The notes beneath the pieces were generated by a model, which was not told where the DNA came from, did not search any database, and worked only from the letters and a program-made list of their open reading frames with translations. The position numbers and the translations under genes were made by a program. From Phoronis australis (lineage: Eukaryota > Animalia > Phoronida), in the NCBI GenBank assembly GCA_002633005.1, contig NMRA01000587.1, positions 62,001-126,000 of the forward strand: a stretch of 64,000 nucleotides of DNA, read 5' to 3'. Position 1 is the first letter of the stretch; the number at the start of each line of letters is the position of its first letter. Shown one piece after another: positions 28,981 to 41,815 of this stretch.

Positions 28981-31900
28981 TGAGTTTAGCTTTGCCTGTG
29001 AAGCGTCGAGCTGCGATAGCTAAGATCGTGAGTTCTGTTCCGGGGGTTTGAGGGTAATATCATCAAGTGATCTTATCAATTACACACCGATAATGTTGCA
29101 AATTCAACAAGAAGTTGTTTACGGTTTTGCCTAGTAATTCCTTTCCCGGTTTCCTCACGGTGCAGTCTGCACTACTGCCAAATAGCTATGTCGTCGGAAG
29201 ATAGATTGCTTCGAATCATGCTACGCTCGCGTGCATTCATTTATTTACGATTCACGCTTGGAGTACAACAAAAGGACAGTCTGCTTATACAGGTTCATAT
29301 GATTTTTATGAATTACCTTAAAAACAATTAATCAAGCCGACAAGTCATTCCGGGAATTTTATGTGACAAAGGTTTGCTCTGTAACCACAAGCCCATCCTA
29401 GAAATATTTTTGTTTCCTGTCTCACTCTCTGGGACATAGGTACATGTTAGGCCACTCTGTAGAATGTCAAACTTATTTTGTTCGTTTCGATCTGGGTGCG
29501 TGCTAGCTTTTGTTTTCACAGTTAAAAGTAACATTGTAAGATAAAAAAGCATTCACGGTAGATAGCGTGAGAGGTTGCAACTTTGATTTTATACACTTGT
29601 GTTCATATAAGTCAGAGCGTTGATGTGATATAAGTAAGGACAGTTACTCTTCTTCAGTTCAATTCACGCCTGACAAATTTTATCAAGTAAGGTATCGTTT
29701 TTCACACAAAAACTTGTTTTGCGGACCACACACCAGTTTTTGCCTTAGCAAGGATATCGGCGCACCTTACTTTGTAATACCCTGGATTCTCAAGTGGAAT
29801 TTTTTTTTTCAAAATGAAAATGAAAGAAAAATTGATGATGACAAAATTATTCAGCTTCCTTATACCCGACACGCGAGTGTGCGACGCACCACAAAACCTG
29901 AAAGCTTCAATCAGACAACATAATACGAGTACGTCTCTGGAAATTGAAAAGCGAGCCTACTCTCTTTTTCGAACAAATCCTGATAGTCATTTCGCGTGGT
30001 TTAAATATCAAAAATCACATGTTTTTCAGAAGACCATGCGCAAATCATTAACACATCCGCGTAGTAAAACAGGCGTGCGTTCGGTAGACGCGAGAACCAC
30101 GCAAAATGCTATATCACAAAGAATTGCGAGTTATTGTCATGTACATCTGTTACCAACAGAATTTTAGGGATGAGGCGTGATCCCTTGGTCCCCTCTAAAT
30201 TCGCCACTGTGTTTAAATAAATTTCACATGGTATGCATGTGCGTGATTTAGGCCGAAAAGAAGAAAACAGTACAGTCAAGAAATCGAATTGATATGTCCA
30301 CCAGAAATACATTTCTGCTATAAGTACAGCAATAAATTGCGAAACTGGAACACATTTATTAAACGTTTTATACAAGTACATGTACTGTATTTTAAAGTTC
30401 AGTGGCTAACCACCTGTAGCTGACGACCAACATACACACGGAAACACTGAACGAAATCACAAAAGGACCGAGCTCACGCGTCGGTGCACAATTGTAAGCC
30501 CCTTAGCCAGGTCACACCCACACAGCGCACACGAACGATTGCAAGCGCGCTTACATTCACACGTACAGGCGTGCTTTCATTCGCGCGCACGCGCACGAGC
30601 GCGCGGACATAAATAACGATCACAAACAGTGACAAAACCAGAAATAGCACCATCATGAACAAATACGCCTATTACTTCTATTACTAATACTAGTACCTTT
30701 AGAGAATGAAATAGAAACTTATACATATTATGTATTAGGCGTCAATAACGGGCATCAAATTTAAATAAGTTTTTAATATGTACTCCTGGGGCACCCGGAC
30801 ACGAACAGCAACTTTTACTAATACATGTACTACTAGATCCAATTAAGAAATTGAAATGATGTGTTGACAACATAGGTCTTGCCGAATGCGAGGGATATGA
30901 ATTAAAAATTAAATATAAATCAGAGTTTCAACATAAATCAAAATTTCAACATATCTAAAAGTACTCACGTATTGGCTTTGTGCCAAGCCCTTTTGCTTTC
31001 AGTTCAGGTTGCTTTTGTTATGTCAAAGGCTGACCCATGGTTTCACAAGGGGCTCGTGTGCTAGTGCAGCAGGTCTATTTATCTTTTGATAGCCCGATAT
31101 TCAAAACAAAGAAATTGCCCACGTGAAATGTTTACTGTTTTTCATCAATAAGCACAATGTGTGGGGAAGCTGAATTATGAGAAGCCATCTTATCCCACAT
31201 CACTTCATTTTCACCAAAAGAATTTTAACAGCTTAGTTATGAATGGTGTTCTTTCAATATTATATTTACATTTCACATTCAAAAAATCGGAATTTACTTC
31301 AGATTTTCCTATGTTTAATTCATTTAAATTCGTGAAGGCGTACCAAAAGCGACCGCTGAGCAAATACATGCTGTACACAGGGGCGGATGCAGGAATTCGA
31401 ATTGCGGGGGAGGGCAGGGTCCCGCTAAAGACATATATTCATGCCAGGGGAATATAATGCATATGAATTAACAACATGAACATGAATATTTAGACAATAC
31501 TCCTACAAACGCAAATGAGAAAATTTTGATTGTTTAATACAAATAATAGTTTTGTTGGCTTAGTATTACTGTAGTATGATCCTAAAATCAAGCAAATGTC
31601 ATCTACGAGTGTAATAAATGGAACAGGTCTGAAAATTTTAGAAAGATTTAGGTGTTCAAATCACAAGTCACAAACAGGAAGCGAATGACTTTAGAGATTT
31701 CCCAGAGAGAGTTTGATTATGCTCCGTTTTGTTGTAGATGACAAATGGCTTTTTTAGAAAACATCATGCTGATTGCAGCAGTTTCTGTTCAGCTAGTAAG
31801 TACCAGTGTGCAATTGATCACCGATGAAACGACGTAAATATATTACGCATTTTTGTTTGGTGCTATTATGTGTATGTGCCGGAGACCCTTTTTTGACGAG

Positions 31901-33569
31901 GGAATAAAGTAATGAATATAACTTAAAATGCACATTTTCGTAGAGAACCCACTCATCCGAGTGCCGTATACCGTATACTCACTTTCGTGATTAGTATCCT
32001 CCTGGATCAGGCATCAGATTGCACATTGTTGTGTAGATCGCCTAGAAAGTTCTCAAGCCACGACAGTCTTGCTCAAAATTATGTTCTATTTAACCAATGT
32101 CCAATCGGTTGAACCAAGCGTTAATGATGCCCAAAAGTACACGTAGGCAACAGAAAATCTATCAAGATTTTGCCTAACAAATATATTGACACTTGTAAAA
32201 ACTGAGAGGTTTAACCATACGCCATCGTCTTAAGATCGAGTAAAAAAGCAACTTGCGCGTGAATTCAAGGCACATTTAACTCTCAGAATTAATGAGGTAA
32301 CAACCTAAACCTCCCTAGCACGTGTATGACGTAGGAAAACTGGCAGTCATCATCCAAAACTAGTTGTGAGACAGCTGCTTGTATGATGACCAATACTTAA
32401 ATTTGCTTTTGTTCTCGTAATATTTTTTTATCTAAAAGTAAATGACCGCGTTTGAATTGCCAGGGTGTGGGCGATTTTGTGTACTAATCTAGGTATAACT
32501 TTACTGTTAGATTCGTTTTTCATTCTAATAAGCCCAAAAGGTATCAACAACAACAAGTCCTCATACCACCCTTGAACGACGTTTCGGTCGGTTATTTCTC
32601 ATCTTCAGGGGCAGCATCGTTCGTAGAAGAAAGAGCAAGGATATCTGGTACACGCATGATGGGGTCTTGGACAAAATGAATCCACAAGGTAGCGTTTTAG
32701 CCCTTTAAAAGGAAAAGAAATTATACACACTGCGTGTAGATTCTAATAGGCCCGTTTTCGGTAGGCTAATTCCTTATCTCTGTGATTGCTTGGCTAAATT
32801 AATTATAAATACAAGATATAGCGACGATGTGAATACGAAGCAGGATGAAATATTTTAAGAACGAGTTTTGTGGCGAAAATGATCATCGCAAATCACTGAA
32901 CCGTGTCCTGTATGTTGGCTATCGTTGCGTTATGCTGAGGAATAACACTGCAATGTATGATTCGGGCTATGCGAGCCCGCGAGGAGTCATTAGTGCAAAG
33001 GTCACGTATTTGCAGATTTTTTTGTTTTCACATTTAAAAGTTGTCAATGAATACAACTGAAATTTGCTTAGTTTAGATTATGTTTAAAATAGCATTGTCG
33101 TTTAGTTCCTGCTATACTTTAGCATAGTTAGCAGCATACAAATACAGACGTGCTTCAAACCTGGCCTCTATAAGAGAGCCCAGACAAAACCACGGTGACA
33201 AGCAGAAAGAAATCGCCTTGCCAATCATCCGCTTCAGAATTGTGTGACGTCATTGCTGGACTTGACAGACACCGGCTTAGTAATCGAGACTCGACTTTTA
33301 TTTGCCATCCAAACCAGAGGATTCTGTAAGAGAAGGCTTCTATTAGAAACTCAGGATATAATAAAAGCTAAATCAATGCTGATGAAGTAGACTGCGACGA
33401 TGATAAGACAGTGCTTCCCCATGACTTGGAATCGAACATAGAATCTCAAAGACTGTAAAAACTTGCGCAACGCTCACCATAATAATTATTCGATCTTGGA
33501 CGCGAGCTGTTTGTTCACTCGCCCAAATTGGATTGTTAAATCACACCAATTGCCGTCAAATTTGAAATA

Positions 33570-33915
33570 CTTAAACAAGAAAAATAACCCAGAGATGTTT
33601 TTCAAGTGTTACTGAGTCTCGCAAATTACGAAATGGCCAGGGATAGTTTCTTATCGTAGCGGGTAGACCAGAACAGTGCACCTTTTATAAATTTGAGACC
33701 TACAGCAGACTTGGAATGTTTTTCACTAGCAAGGAAAGTAACCCAAAAGCATTTTTCAAGGGTGACTGAATCATTCAAATTACGAAATAAGTAATTCGGT
33801 ATGTTTCCTCGTCATAGGAAGCGAACTAGAACGGATTACCTCTATAAATTTGTGGCCGAGGCTGAATTCCGACCAGTCTCTCGAATTGACTAAGAGATCC
33901 GCTTCCTTGAGCAAG
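33570..33915 (+). promoter_or_regulatory. Promoter of precursor gene copy 1, tandemly duplicated ~155 bp module with two TATA boxes
   Basis: TATAAAT at 33686-33692 and 33843-33849, each preceded by TTACGAAAT (C/EBP-like). GGGATAGTTTC (kappaB-like) at 33640-33650. The module is single-copy upstream of copies 2 and 3. Confidence 0.6.
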
Positions 33916-36355
33916 ATGAAATTGGTAAGGAGTTTTAAGGTCGATCGTTCATTTTAATTTAATATAGGCAAATACAAGACGACCAGGATTTTGTTTTGGA
34001 AATGATCATATTTTCTTGTTTTGCGATTTGATAAAACTATCGTACAAATTACGTTTGACTTAGAATTTTAAATTGACAATTTCAATCTTTTTGTTGATTT
34101 TGCCGCCTTCTGTTTTCACGGTCTTGACTTGACCAAAATTTGAGTTTCATAAATCAACAAATAACATGGAAACCATTCGCAAAACACATCAGTATTCGTA
34201 TAAATTGTTTGACTGGCACACGACTTCATAAACCTGAAGTTCTGCGATGTTTTTAGATTTTGCTATTTCGTTGTGCACACTCAGAATGTCAAATTCTAAC
34301 AAAATTAGTATAATGTTCTGCTTATTTTAAAAAAGTAGGTTTTAGCAAAACAGTATCATTTTGAATATTGGTTTGAATACATCGGTTTTGCGCTTGATGA
34401 AGTTTACAATTAAAATGAAGCCGGAGCACTATCTGTTTAAAATTCACGCGCTCTAGGTGGCGCTACGTGACGCAAGCTAGTGGCTAGTGAAACTTAGACC
34501 ACATGCTTTGCTTGTAACGGGCCGCGGTATCTCGTGAATATTCGTGATCTCGCCAAACACCAAGAAACTAGCCCAACGGAACGTAGATAAGGGTTGCGTC
34601 ATCAACCGACGCAAGACACTCGCGAAGACTTGTGGGCTCTCGTTTTTGTGACAAAAATTGCTTTAGGAGACGTAATCTAGATTACGTGACCGCTTGTATT
34701 GTCGCAGTAAAATAATCCGTGAATCCGTTTGAAATTGTCTGTATTCACAATTTGTGCTACGTCTGCCTCGTGCAATTGATTTGTTGAGGATGCTGTACTA
34801 AGCAGTATATGTTTTTGCCCAGTTTTCGAGGTGACGACTAAGTACAGTCAAACAACTTATTTAAAATTTGAATTCCAAATCTAATCGTCGCACATGGTGG
34901 ATGTCCAAGTGAGCTTGACTAAACAGTCTAAACTAATTGTGATATCCTAAATCTAATAGCTATAAACAGCGTGTTATAACCAATTATGGTAAAGCAAAAC
35001 GTTTTGTTTTGTGCCAGTCGTATTTTTTGAACTGGTGTTACAAACTGAATCCATTCCGATTTACTTTTTGTTTAAATGGGATTTATTTCAATATTATTTA
35101 TCTGCGTGAGCGCATTTTGCTTTATTCTTAAACGTTTATTAAACGACAAACTTTTTCTAATGATTATTAAATGCATATCCCCTGGCTGAGGAGTGTTGGA
35201 AATACTGTCCTCGCATACCAGCACCAAATGACCAACTCCATGTTGGCTTGTGTGAACAATTAAGTGATTCAGTTATTGACTTTTGAAGTACATGTCTTTT
35301 TAGATCTTCGTTTGCGCTCTCCTGGCTTGTGTAACCGGCCTGCTCCAAGCTGGTGATGCCACAAAGTACGACATCCAGGATGGTAACGTCGATAACGTCG
35401 ATGACACAAATCCCAGCGCACGTTCCTTAGACAAGGAGGAGGTGGTTGAAGCAGGCGAAGAAGATGCTGAGCAGTCAGACATCAATGACCGGTCATTCAA
35501 GGATTCGGTTGAAGAGGACGACAAGGAATCCGATATGTCCGCTCGCTCAGAAACTGACGACAGCGGCAGCAACAGCGCAGACGAAGACGACCAGAAGGTT
35601 GCTGAGCAGAAGAGGTTGTATCCGGGGACTTGTCCGGTCACCAGGAGGCGCTATATTTTGTATCTCCGCATTCGTGGGCGCATTTACCGACTCCGCCATG
35701 TATACTTAAGTCACTGGTGTCGTTATCATGGGTAAGTAAGGCGTTTTAACCCAAGGGTAATTTGAATGCACTGGTAATAAATAGTCAAAAATAAAACGTA
35801 AACAGGGCACTTTAATTACCTTGGCATTCTGTTTGATGCCTACTGCACATGTGAATATTGTCAATAACAATGCCGAATTTTGCTATGGTTATTTAATTAA
35901 AACGGAAATATATTTTTCGACTTTCACAGAAGGATTAAGAAGACTATGATTTTTTTTGTTACATTTAGTGTCACGCCAAGTTTTTTTATGCAGATTTCGA
36001 TGTTATTGATCTTTGTGATTGTCCAGATGCTCTGAAAACAGCGTAGTTTTGCACTGAAAAAATGGCTCACTGGATGTCGATGTCAGTTTTACAAAAGTTA
36101 ATCGGAAACGCTTGTTAATCACGTGCTTAATTTTTTAGATGTTCGTCATGTACATGTACTATGAAAAATTAATCCGCACATGGTCTTAAATAGATCGATT
36201 GTTTTTCTATTTACAGACGAAAATGCAGAAGATCCTACAGATGGGGAAAATGTTACACTCGCCGGTACCGCATCCACACCTCCGCCTATTCCTACACACA
36301 TCGCAGATGGTACAGAGTTTGGTTCATCATTCCAAGATGTTGCTGTGTCGTTTAA
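33916..36355 (+). CDS. Secreted prepropeptide copy 1 (191 aa): signal peptide, acidic propiece, KR, cationic Arg/Tyr-rich 7-Cys cystine-knot-like domain
   Basis: Exons 33916-33924 (ATGAAATTG|gtaag), 35304-35731 and 36217-36355, GT-AG, phases 0 and 2, 576 nt. MKLIFVCALLACVTGLLQAGDA, then an 85-aa D/E-rich pro region ending AEQKR, then LYPGTCPVTRRRYILYLRIRGRIYRLRHVYLSHWCRYHGRKCRRSYRWGKCYTRRYRIHTSAYSYTHRRWYRVWFIIPRCCCVV. Exons, frame and splice sites are conserved in copy 3 while introns diverge. AATAAA at 36501. Confidence 0.88.
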
Positions 36356-37330
36356 AGTAGCGGCGTAACAACAGAAGTCACACGCCAACACCACGCATAG
36401 CCAAAAGTAAAACCGATCGCAATGAAATATGTTATTCTTCCTTATAAGATTTTCGTTTTATCTCAAGTTGTCGTGCGTGAATTTTCAGCATTTGCCATGA
36501 AATAAACGTACAACAGCTTTCAGTATTACTTGCGAACTGTGTATCAAAGCCAAGGATTGTTTTGTGAAAAAACTAAGGTCGCATGAACGTAAAAATTCCA
36601 AACTTTGCTGGCAACGGTTACCACGTAGTACTTCTTGCTTGTTGCATGATTGTTAGTTCTTCGTGTAATTCAATCACAATAAAACCAGCTTCATTCGCAC
36701 CACGTTGTAGTTTTAATTTTTATCTTGAACAAGTAATGAATGACAAACGTAATATCCCTATCTAGTCACTAAGATACCATTCCTGGATTGCTAGATCCAA
36801 TATTTGGGGAAAAGGGTCACCCTTTCAACGCGAAGCACCGTATTTCATACGAAAACACAAACCTGTAAAAACACAAGGTGTCATTTAATATCATAACATT
36901 GCAGAAATAGACTGCAAATGCGTTGAAAAACTGTAATCTCTCTAAATGGAATCTGAATAAACCATACGGGATCGATCAGCTCGTTATCTGCACATCACAG
37001 GCCTTACACAACTCCTAGTTTGAATCAGAAAAATTATAAGATCAAGCCTTTCGTGCCTCACACGTACTTATACATGTATATAAATAAATAAATAAATAAA
37101 TAAATATATAATATAAATGTCAGAGCTTTTATTTGAATCATGAAATGGGTTGTCTCCTTTCCGCAAAACTCATTGTATTGTCCTAAACATGTTACTGAAG
37201 GTTTTTTTGTTTTAGGAACAACTTTAAAAATCTGGAACCGTTAAAATATAGCAACATTTCAAACCCAAACACGAGCAGAGCCTCTTTTTGAGTTGTTCAG
37301 TGCTCTTTGCACTCATTACCATTCTTGCAT

Positions 37331-37475
37331 AAGCCACATAGAGCATCCTGATGGGTTAAAGCCACATAGAGCATCCTGATGGGTTAAAGCCACATAGAGC
37401 ATGCTGATGGGTTAAAGCCACATAGAGCATGCTGATACGTTAAAGCCACATAGAGCATCCTGATGGGTTAAAGCC
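37331..37475. repeat. 28-bp minisatellite, 5 copies
   Basis: Unit aagccacatagagcatcctgatgggtta starts at 37331, 37359, 37387, 37415 and 37443. Only one copy at the paralogous site ~45001-45030. Confidence 0.95.
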
Positions 37476-40195
37476 CCAAAACAGTCCATTTTAGCGACAC
37501 TCGATACCAATGACACAACATACATGTACGGCACACAGTAAATGAGAAAATGTCGGGGGCGCTCGTAAAGCTACATGTACTTGCCTGTGAGTTTGGCGAT
37601 ATCAATGATTACCAAACAGACAAGTGAACTTACACTGTACTGAGTACAGCTACGTGTACGCTAGCAAAATGACTGCAACAGAAAAACTGGATGGCTATGT
37701 AAGATAAAACGGAACGATCGACGACTGGGTTTGTTTTTAGCAGGGACTACAGCATGTAGCTGATTTCCAATCTCGTTTGGAACACTTCAGGGCATTTCTC
37801 ATAACCTTGAATTTTCCCAGGAAGGTATTTGATACATGAATCTGCACAAGATCAGTTCCTGGTTGGGGTTAAACTTTTCTAAATTCAATGGGAGCACGTC
37901 GGGCATTTTCATCGATTCGAATTTTCACTCAAACGTGTTTCATATCTCTCTGTGCGCATGGGCGGACTGCAGTCACACGTCGAAACATGTGTATTTCAAA
38001 CTGGAGAATAATTGGCTGTATACTTAAGTTCGCACTTGCGCAGATATGAAACTCCGCTGTGTACTTCATCAGCCTGGATTTTCTTATCGAAAGCTTGGTA
38101 ATATTTCATAGACGTAAAAACCTCGCTTGGCCGTGGGGCTTCCGTTTGACGACGTGCCTCGCTTGTACACGAAATCGCTCTATCGACCAAATTGAATGCT
38201 AATGCAAGTGCAGAGTTTTTCGTTGTGAATGTTTATTTTGTATCCAAAACAAGACATTTGATACTTCTATAACCCCACAATCACACACACAAACACACAA
38301 TCACACAAACACACAATCACACAAACACACAGACATTAACGTTATTTTCTCCCTGAGCCTCCCGCCGATGTTTACGTAGAGAAGAAACCAATCAGTTCGG
38401 GAGGGCAAATATCTGACGGCCAAAATCCTAGCTAGTACTCTGCCCTGCCCCCCAACTCAAAATCCTGGATCCGCCCCTGTCAGTGACAGATTAATATTTC
38501 TTGGGATATGACATAAGTTATTTACTTTATCGTAAAATACGCTTAGAATTATACAAAGCCAAAACTATGCTGAATGCTCTGTGATTCCTTTCGCACAAGG
38601 TACAGTACACTCATCTTACTGTGAAATGCCAATACGCCTTCAGAAAACATTCGTGGTTAAAATTCTACAGACGATTTTAATTTGTAGCCACCTTAGTCGC
38701 ATATCATTTGCACAAAGCTTCGATTAATTATTTTCCACTCAGTAAATCTGTACAGTGATCTCTAAATTAGTGTCCCACTTGTATAATGCTTATGACTTTT
38801 GAAATATTTTATTAAAAAATGTCCTATATTTCTCGGGTTCCTTTCCAGTTTGAGTTAAGAATCCTGTGGAGGAATGGCCGGAGACAAAGTGTTTACATTT
38901 AAAAATATAATACAAATTTATGCTTATTACAATTTCTCAGACCATAATATCTACTGTAACAAACATTGGCTTTAATTCAATTTTCCACTAAATCATTACT
39001 TGTTACCGTTTTCGTCAAAAATCATTTAAAAATCTATTATCATCACCATTGAAAATAGATAAACAGATGAATGTGCCGGTCATTGAATTTTACAGCAATT
39101 TTGCGTATTTGTTATTATTTTACTGCTGAACACCAGCTGTTCTAGGTTTTCTCTTCATCAAAAATAAAATCAGAAAAGTACAAGTATAGTTAGGATAGCG
39201 GTCAAGAGTATGGTGACATATTGCCCCAAAGATGGTTGTTTTTTAAATTGAGATCATATGAATGAAGTAGAACTACATATACATCTGTACTTGTAGTTGT
39301 GTGAGACTGCTGGCCTTCAACGCCTCTGTCAGGCGTGCTACCTTTGAGATATATAAACAATAATCGTTTAATATTCATGTATCATAACACGAATTGCTTT
39401 AGGCCTGAACAGAGTTCAGTTAGCCTTTGAGCGACACCTCTTTCACAGCGCTCGTTCTCACGTACAAAACTTTACGGCTGTAGACTTCTTAAAGTTATTA
39501 GCTTGGTTCAGAGCCATAAAACTGCAAAATCCGTGGAGTTTTTGATAATTCAATTACTAATGGTCAATTCTCTCTGTTGTCTGCCAGAAATTTGATGAAA
39601 TCAAGGTCGATGTTTTTCACATAAATTACTGTTATTTAATTCTCATGTTTTGGCTCAGCGGCAAAACAATGGGCTGCTGCCGCTGAGCAAGAGGCTTCAA
39701 TGTCGTGCTCTGCTGCTCGATTGCGTAGCTTTACTTTTATCGCCGTGAAAGTACATACGTTTAAGTGAAACATTTGATCATATGATCCGCAAATCTATTT
39801 CCGAAGAGTAACAAAACCTCACTTAAACAAAAGTACAGTCTCCGAGATGTCAATGTCATTAAAATCTGTTGTCAATTTACACCAATCTTATTTTAGCACG
39901 GCGTTTTTGCAAGTCATTTCTCGAGCCAACTTCAAGTGTTAAAGATTTATTTGTTTGCTTCTAACTACAGTGTATGCTAATGTACAGCAGGAACTAAACG
40001 ACAACGCTGTTTGAACAAAATCTGCGCTAAACAAAGTGCAGTTGTATTCACTGACAACTTTATGAAAACTTGAACAAAAAGCTCTGCAAATAGGTAACCT
40101 TTGCACTAATAACGTACCTTACAGGCCCGCATAGCCGGCATCATTCAGTGTTAGACTTATTGGACACGGTTGAGTGATTTTCGGCGGATCATTAT

Positions 40196-40922
40196 CTCAT
40201 TCGTAGCTGATCCCGCCATATGGCGTGACTGTTTGTTCTCACTCATGGCCTGATGCCGTCTGGAGGCGTTATCAAAACAATGTATCTCACAGGCGGATCA
40301 CGCCTTCAGGAAGGATAGAAGGCAGCAATTTATTGGCTTAAGTTTAAGTATATCTAGGGTATTCCCAGTTTTCTATCCAATGAGGATTGAGATACCAGAC
40401 TCTGTATTAACTTATTGTTTGTGAAGTTAATGCCTATTGGCGTATTACACAGATATCATCTGCTGCTCTCACAGTTCTGGAAGTTTTTATTATGGAGGAT
40501 AGTATGAATAGTGATGGCACTGAGTGGTCAGATTTAGATACAGATTTCAGGGATCTAGATTGTAATGACTGAGGATATGCAACACGGAAAACTTTCCTGG
40601 CATGTTTCCTGGAAATTTAAGTGGATTATTTGTAAACAAATGTCTTCGTTTCTGGAAAACAAAAAGTAAAACTGCTTGTTCAACCCTTTATCATTTTTAA
40701 ATTTTAATTAAATTTATAGCAACACAAAGCTCATTTACTCAAAATGTGTTACTGAAAATTTGTTAAGTATATAACCACTAATGACATAGTAACGAGTTTT
40801 TAATTATGTGCAGTGACTGTGACCTAGTTCTGAGCGAAATACCCTCCGACTACAAGGGGGTAGACATTCCACAGCCAGGCCAGTAAGAAATTTATACCAT
40901 ATGGCGCTCAGGATCGAATGAG
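40196..40922. mobile_element. Non-autonomous piggyBac-like DNA transposon (727 bp), TTAT target duplication
   Basis: Left CTCATTCGTAGCTGATCCCGCCATATGG; reverse complement of right CTCATTCGATCCTGAGCGCCATATGG. TTAT on both sides (40192-40195, 40923-40926). Paralogous empty site with one TTAT at 49980-49983. Confidence 0.85.
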
Positions 40923-41654
40923 TTATAGCCACAAAAATAAGTTCTTAAAAATATTCGTCAATTTTCAGAATACTTCGCATTCATATCGTCGCTATATGTT
41001 GTGTTTTTAACTAATTTGCTCATCAGCCACAGATATAAGGACTTAGACTGCAAGTTTCACTTGAAAGCGTTCTTAGAAGAACGCACACGGGTGTATGGTT
41101 AACTCGTAGAGGGCTCTTGGATTGCAGAATGCCAGAAGTACGTTTAAGACAAGCAACTGTAATAATACCGCAAAACGTGCAATAGAAGCCAGGGTGTTTA
41201 CTAATTTCAGACGTCCTAAGACCCGAGAGGGAGATTTTTATTAGAGATCCGGCAAACAGAAAAAATGCCTTTGACAAGCATCTGCTTCAGAGTCGTGTAC
41301 CGCTATTGCTGAATGTGGTAAACCCTCGCTACATGTAGTATTGGAGATCCGACGTTTATTAATTTCAGTACATCTAAACCCCGGGCTTACGTACGAGAAG
41401 ATCTTCTATTAGAAACCCGTCTTAGCTTGATGCTGAAGTTATCGACTACAATGTTGAGCCAACACTTCGCATGGGCGACGCACCATACATGGTTGGGAGG
41501 GGAAGGGTGGGGTGGGGTGGGGTGGGGTGGGGTGGGGCTATTGCTCGAGAGCCACTGATCATCACGGTCATCACAAAACAGATTGCGCAACCATACTAAC
41601 CCGCTGACTGCAGAGATGTCAAGAAAACAAGGATAATAACCCTAGGTCTTTCAA

Positions 41655-41815
41655 GGGTGACTGAATCTTGCGAAATTGCGAAATAAATTGTCGGGGATAA
41701 TTCCTCATCGAAGCGGGTCAACCAGAACAGTGCATCTCTATATATTTAAGACCTCTGGTTAATTCAACCAGTCTCTCATACCGACTAATTAAAGAGCTTC
41801 CCTTCATTGAGCAAG
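41655..41815 (+). promoter_or_regulatory. Promoter of copy 2: tandem C/EBP-like sites, kappaB-like site, TATA
   Basis: TTGCGAAATTGCGAAAT 41668-41684, GGGGATAATTCC 41693-41704, TATATATTT from ~41739. Confidence 0.55.

Noticed and set aside
31738-32688. Possible extra gene: exon-like pieces MAFLENIMLIAAVSVQL|gtaagt (~31745-31795) and GSIVRRRKSKDIWYTHDGVLDKMNPQ (32609-32688)
   Set aside because: Splice phases do not join in frame, no further exons were found and no family is recognisable.
35300-35641. Ser-rich antisense ORFs (35300-35641, 52238-52495)
   Set aside because: Shadow ORFs of the Asp/Glu-rich sense exon.
35600-35735. Calling the precursor an arenicin/BRICHOS-family antimicrobial peptide
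   Set aside because: The resemblance is limited to a short RIRG hairpin in copy 1. There is no BRICHOS domain, and the spliced product continues into a 7-Cys domain.
36180-36368. ORFs 36180-36368, 43871-44116 and 53005-53205 (...GTEFGSSFQDVAV...) as a separate conserved protein
   Set aside because: They are an alternative frame of exon 3. The phase-2 splice from exon 2 selects the Cys/Arg-rich frame, and these ORF starts lie in intron sequence.
37331-37475. 28-bp repeats as a CRISPR array
   Set aside because: Head-to-tail units without unique spacers, eukaryotic context and no cas genes.
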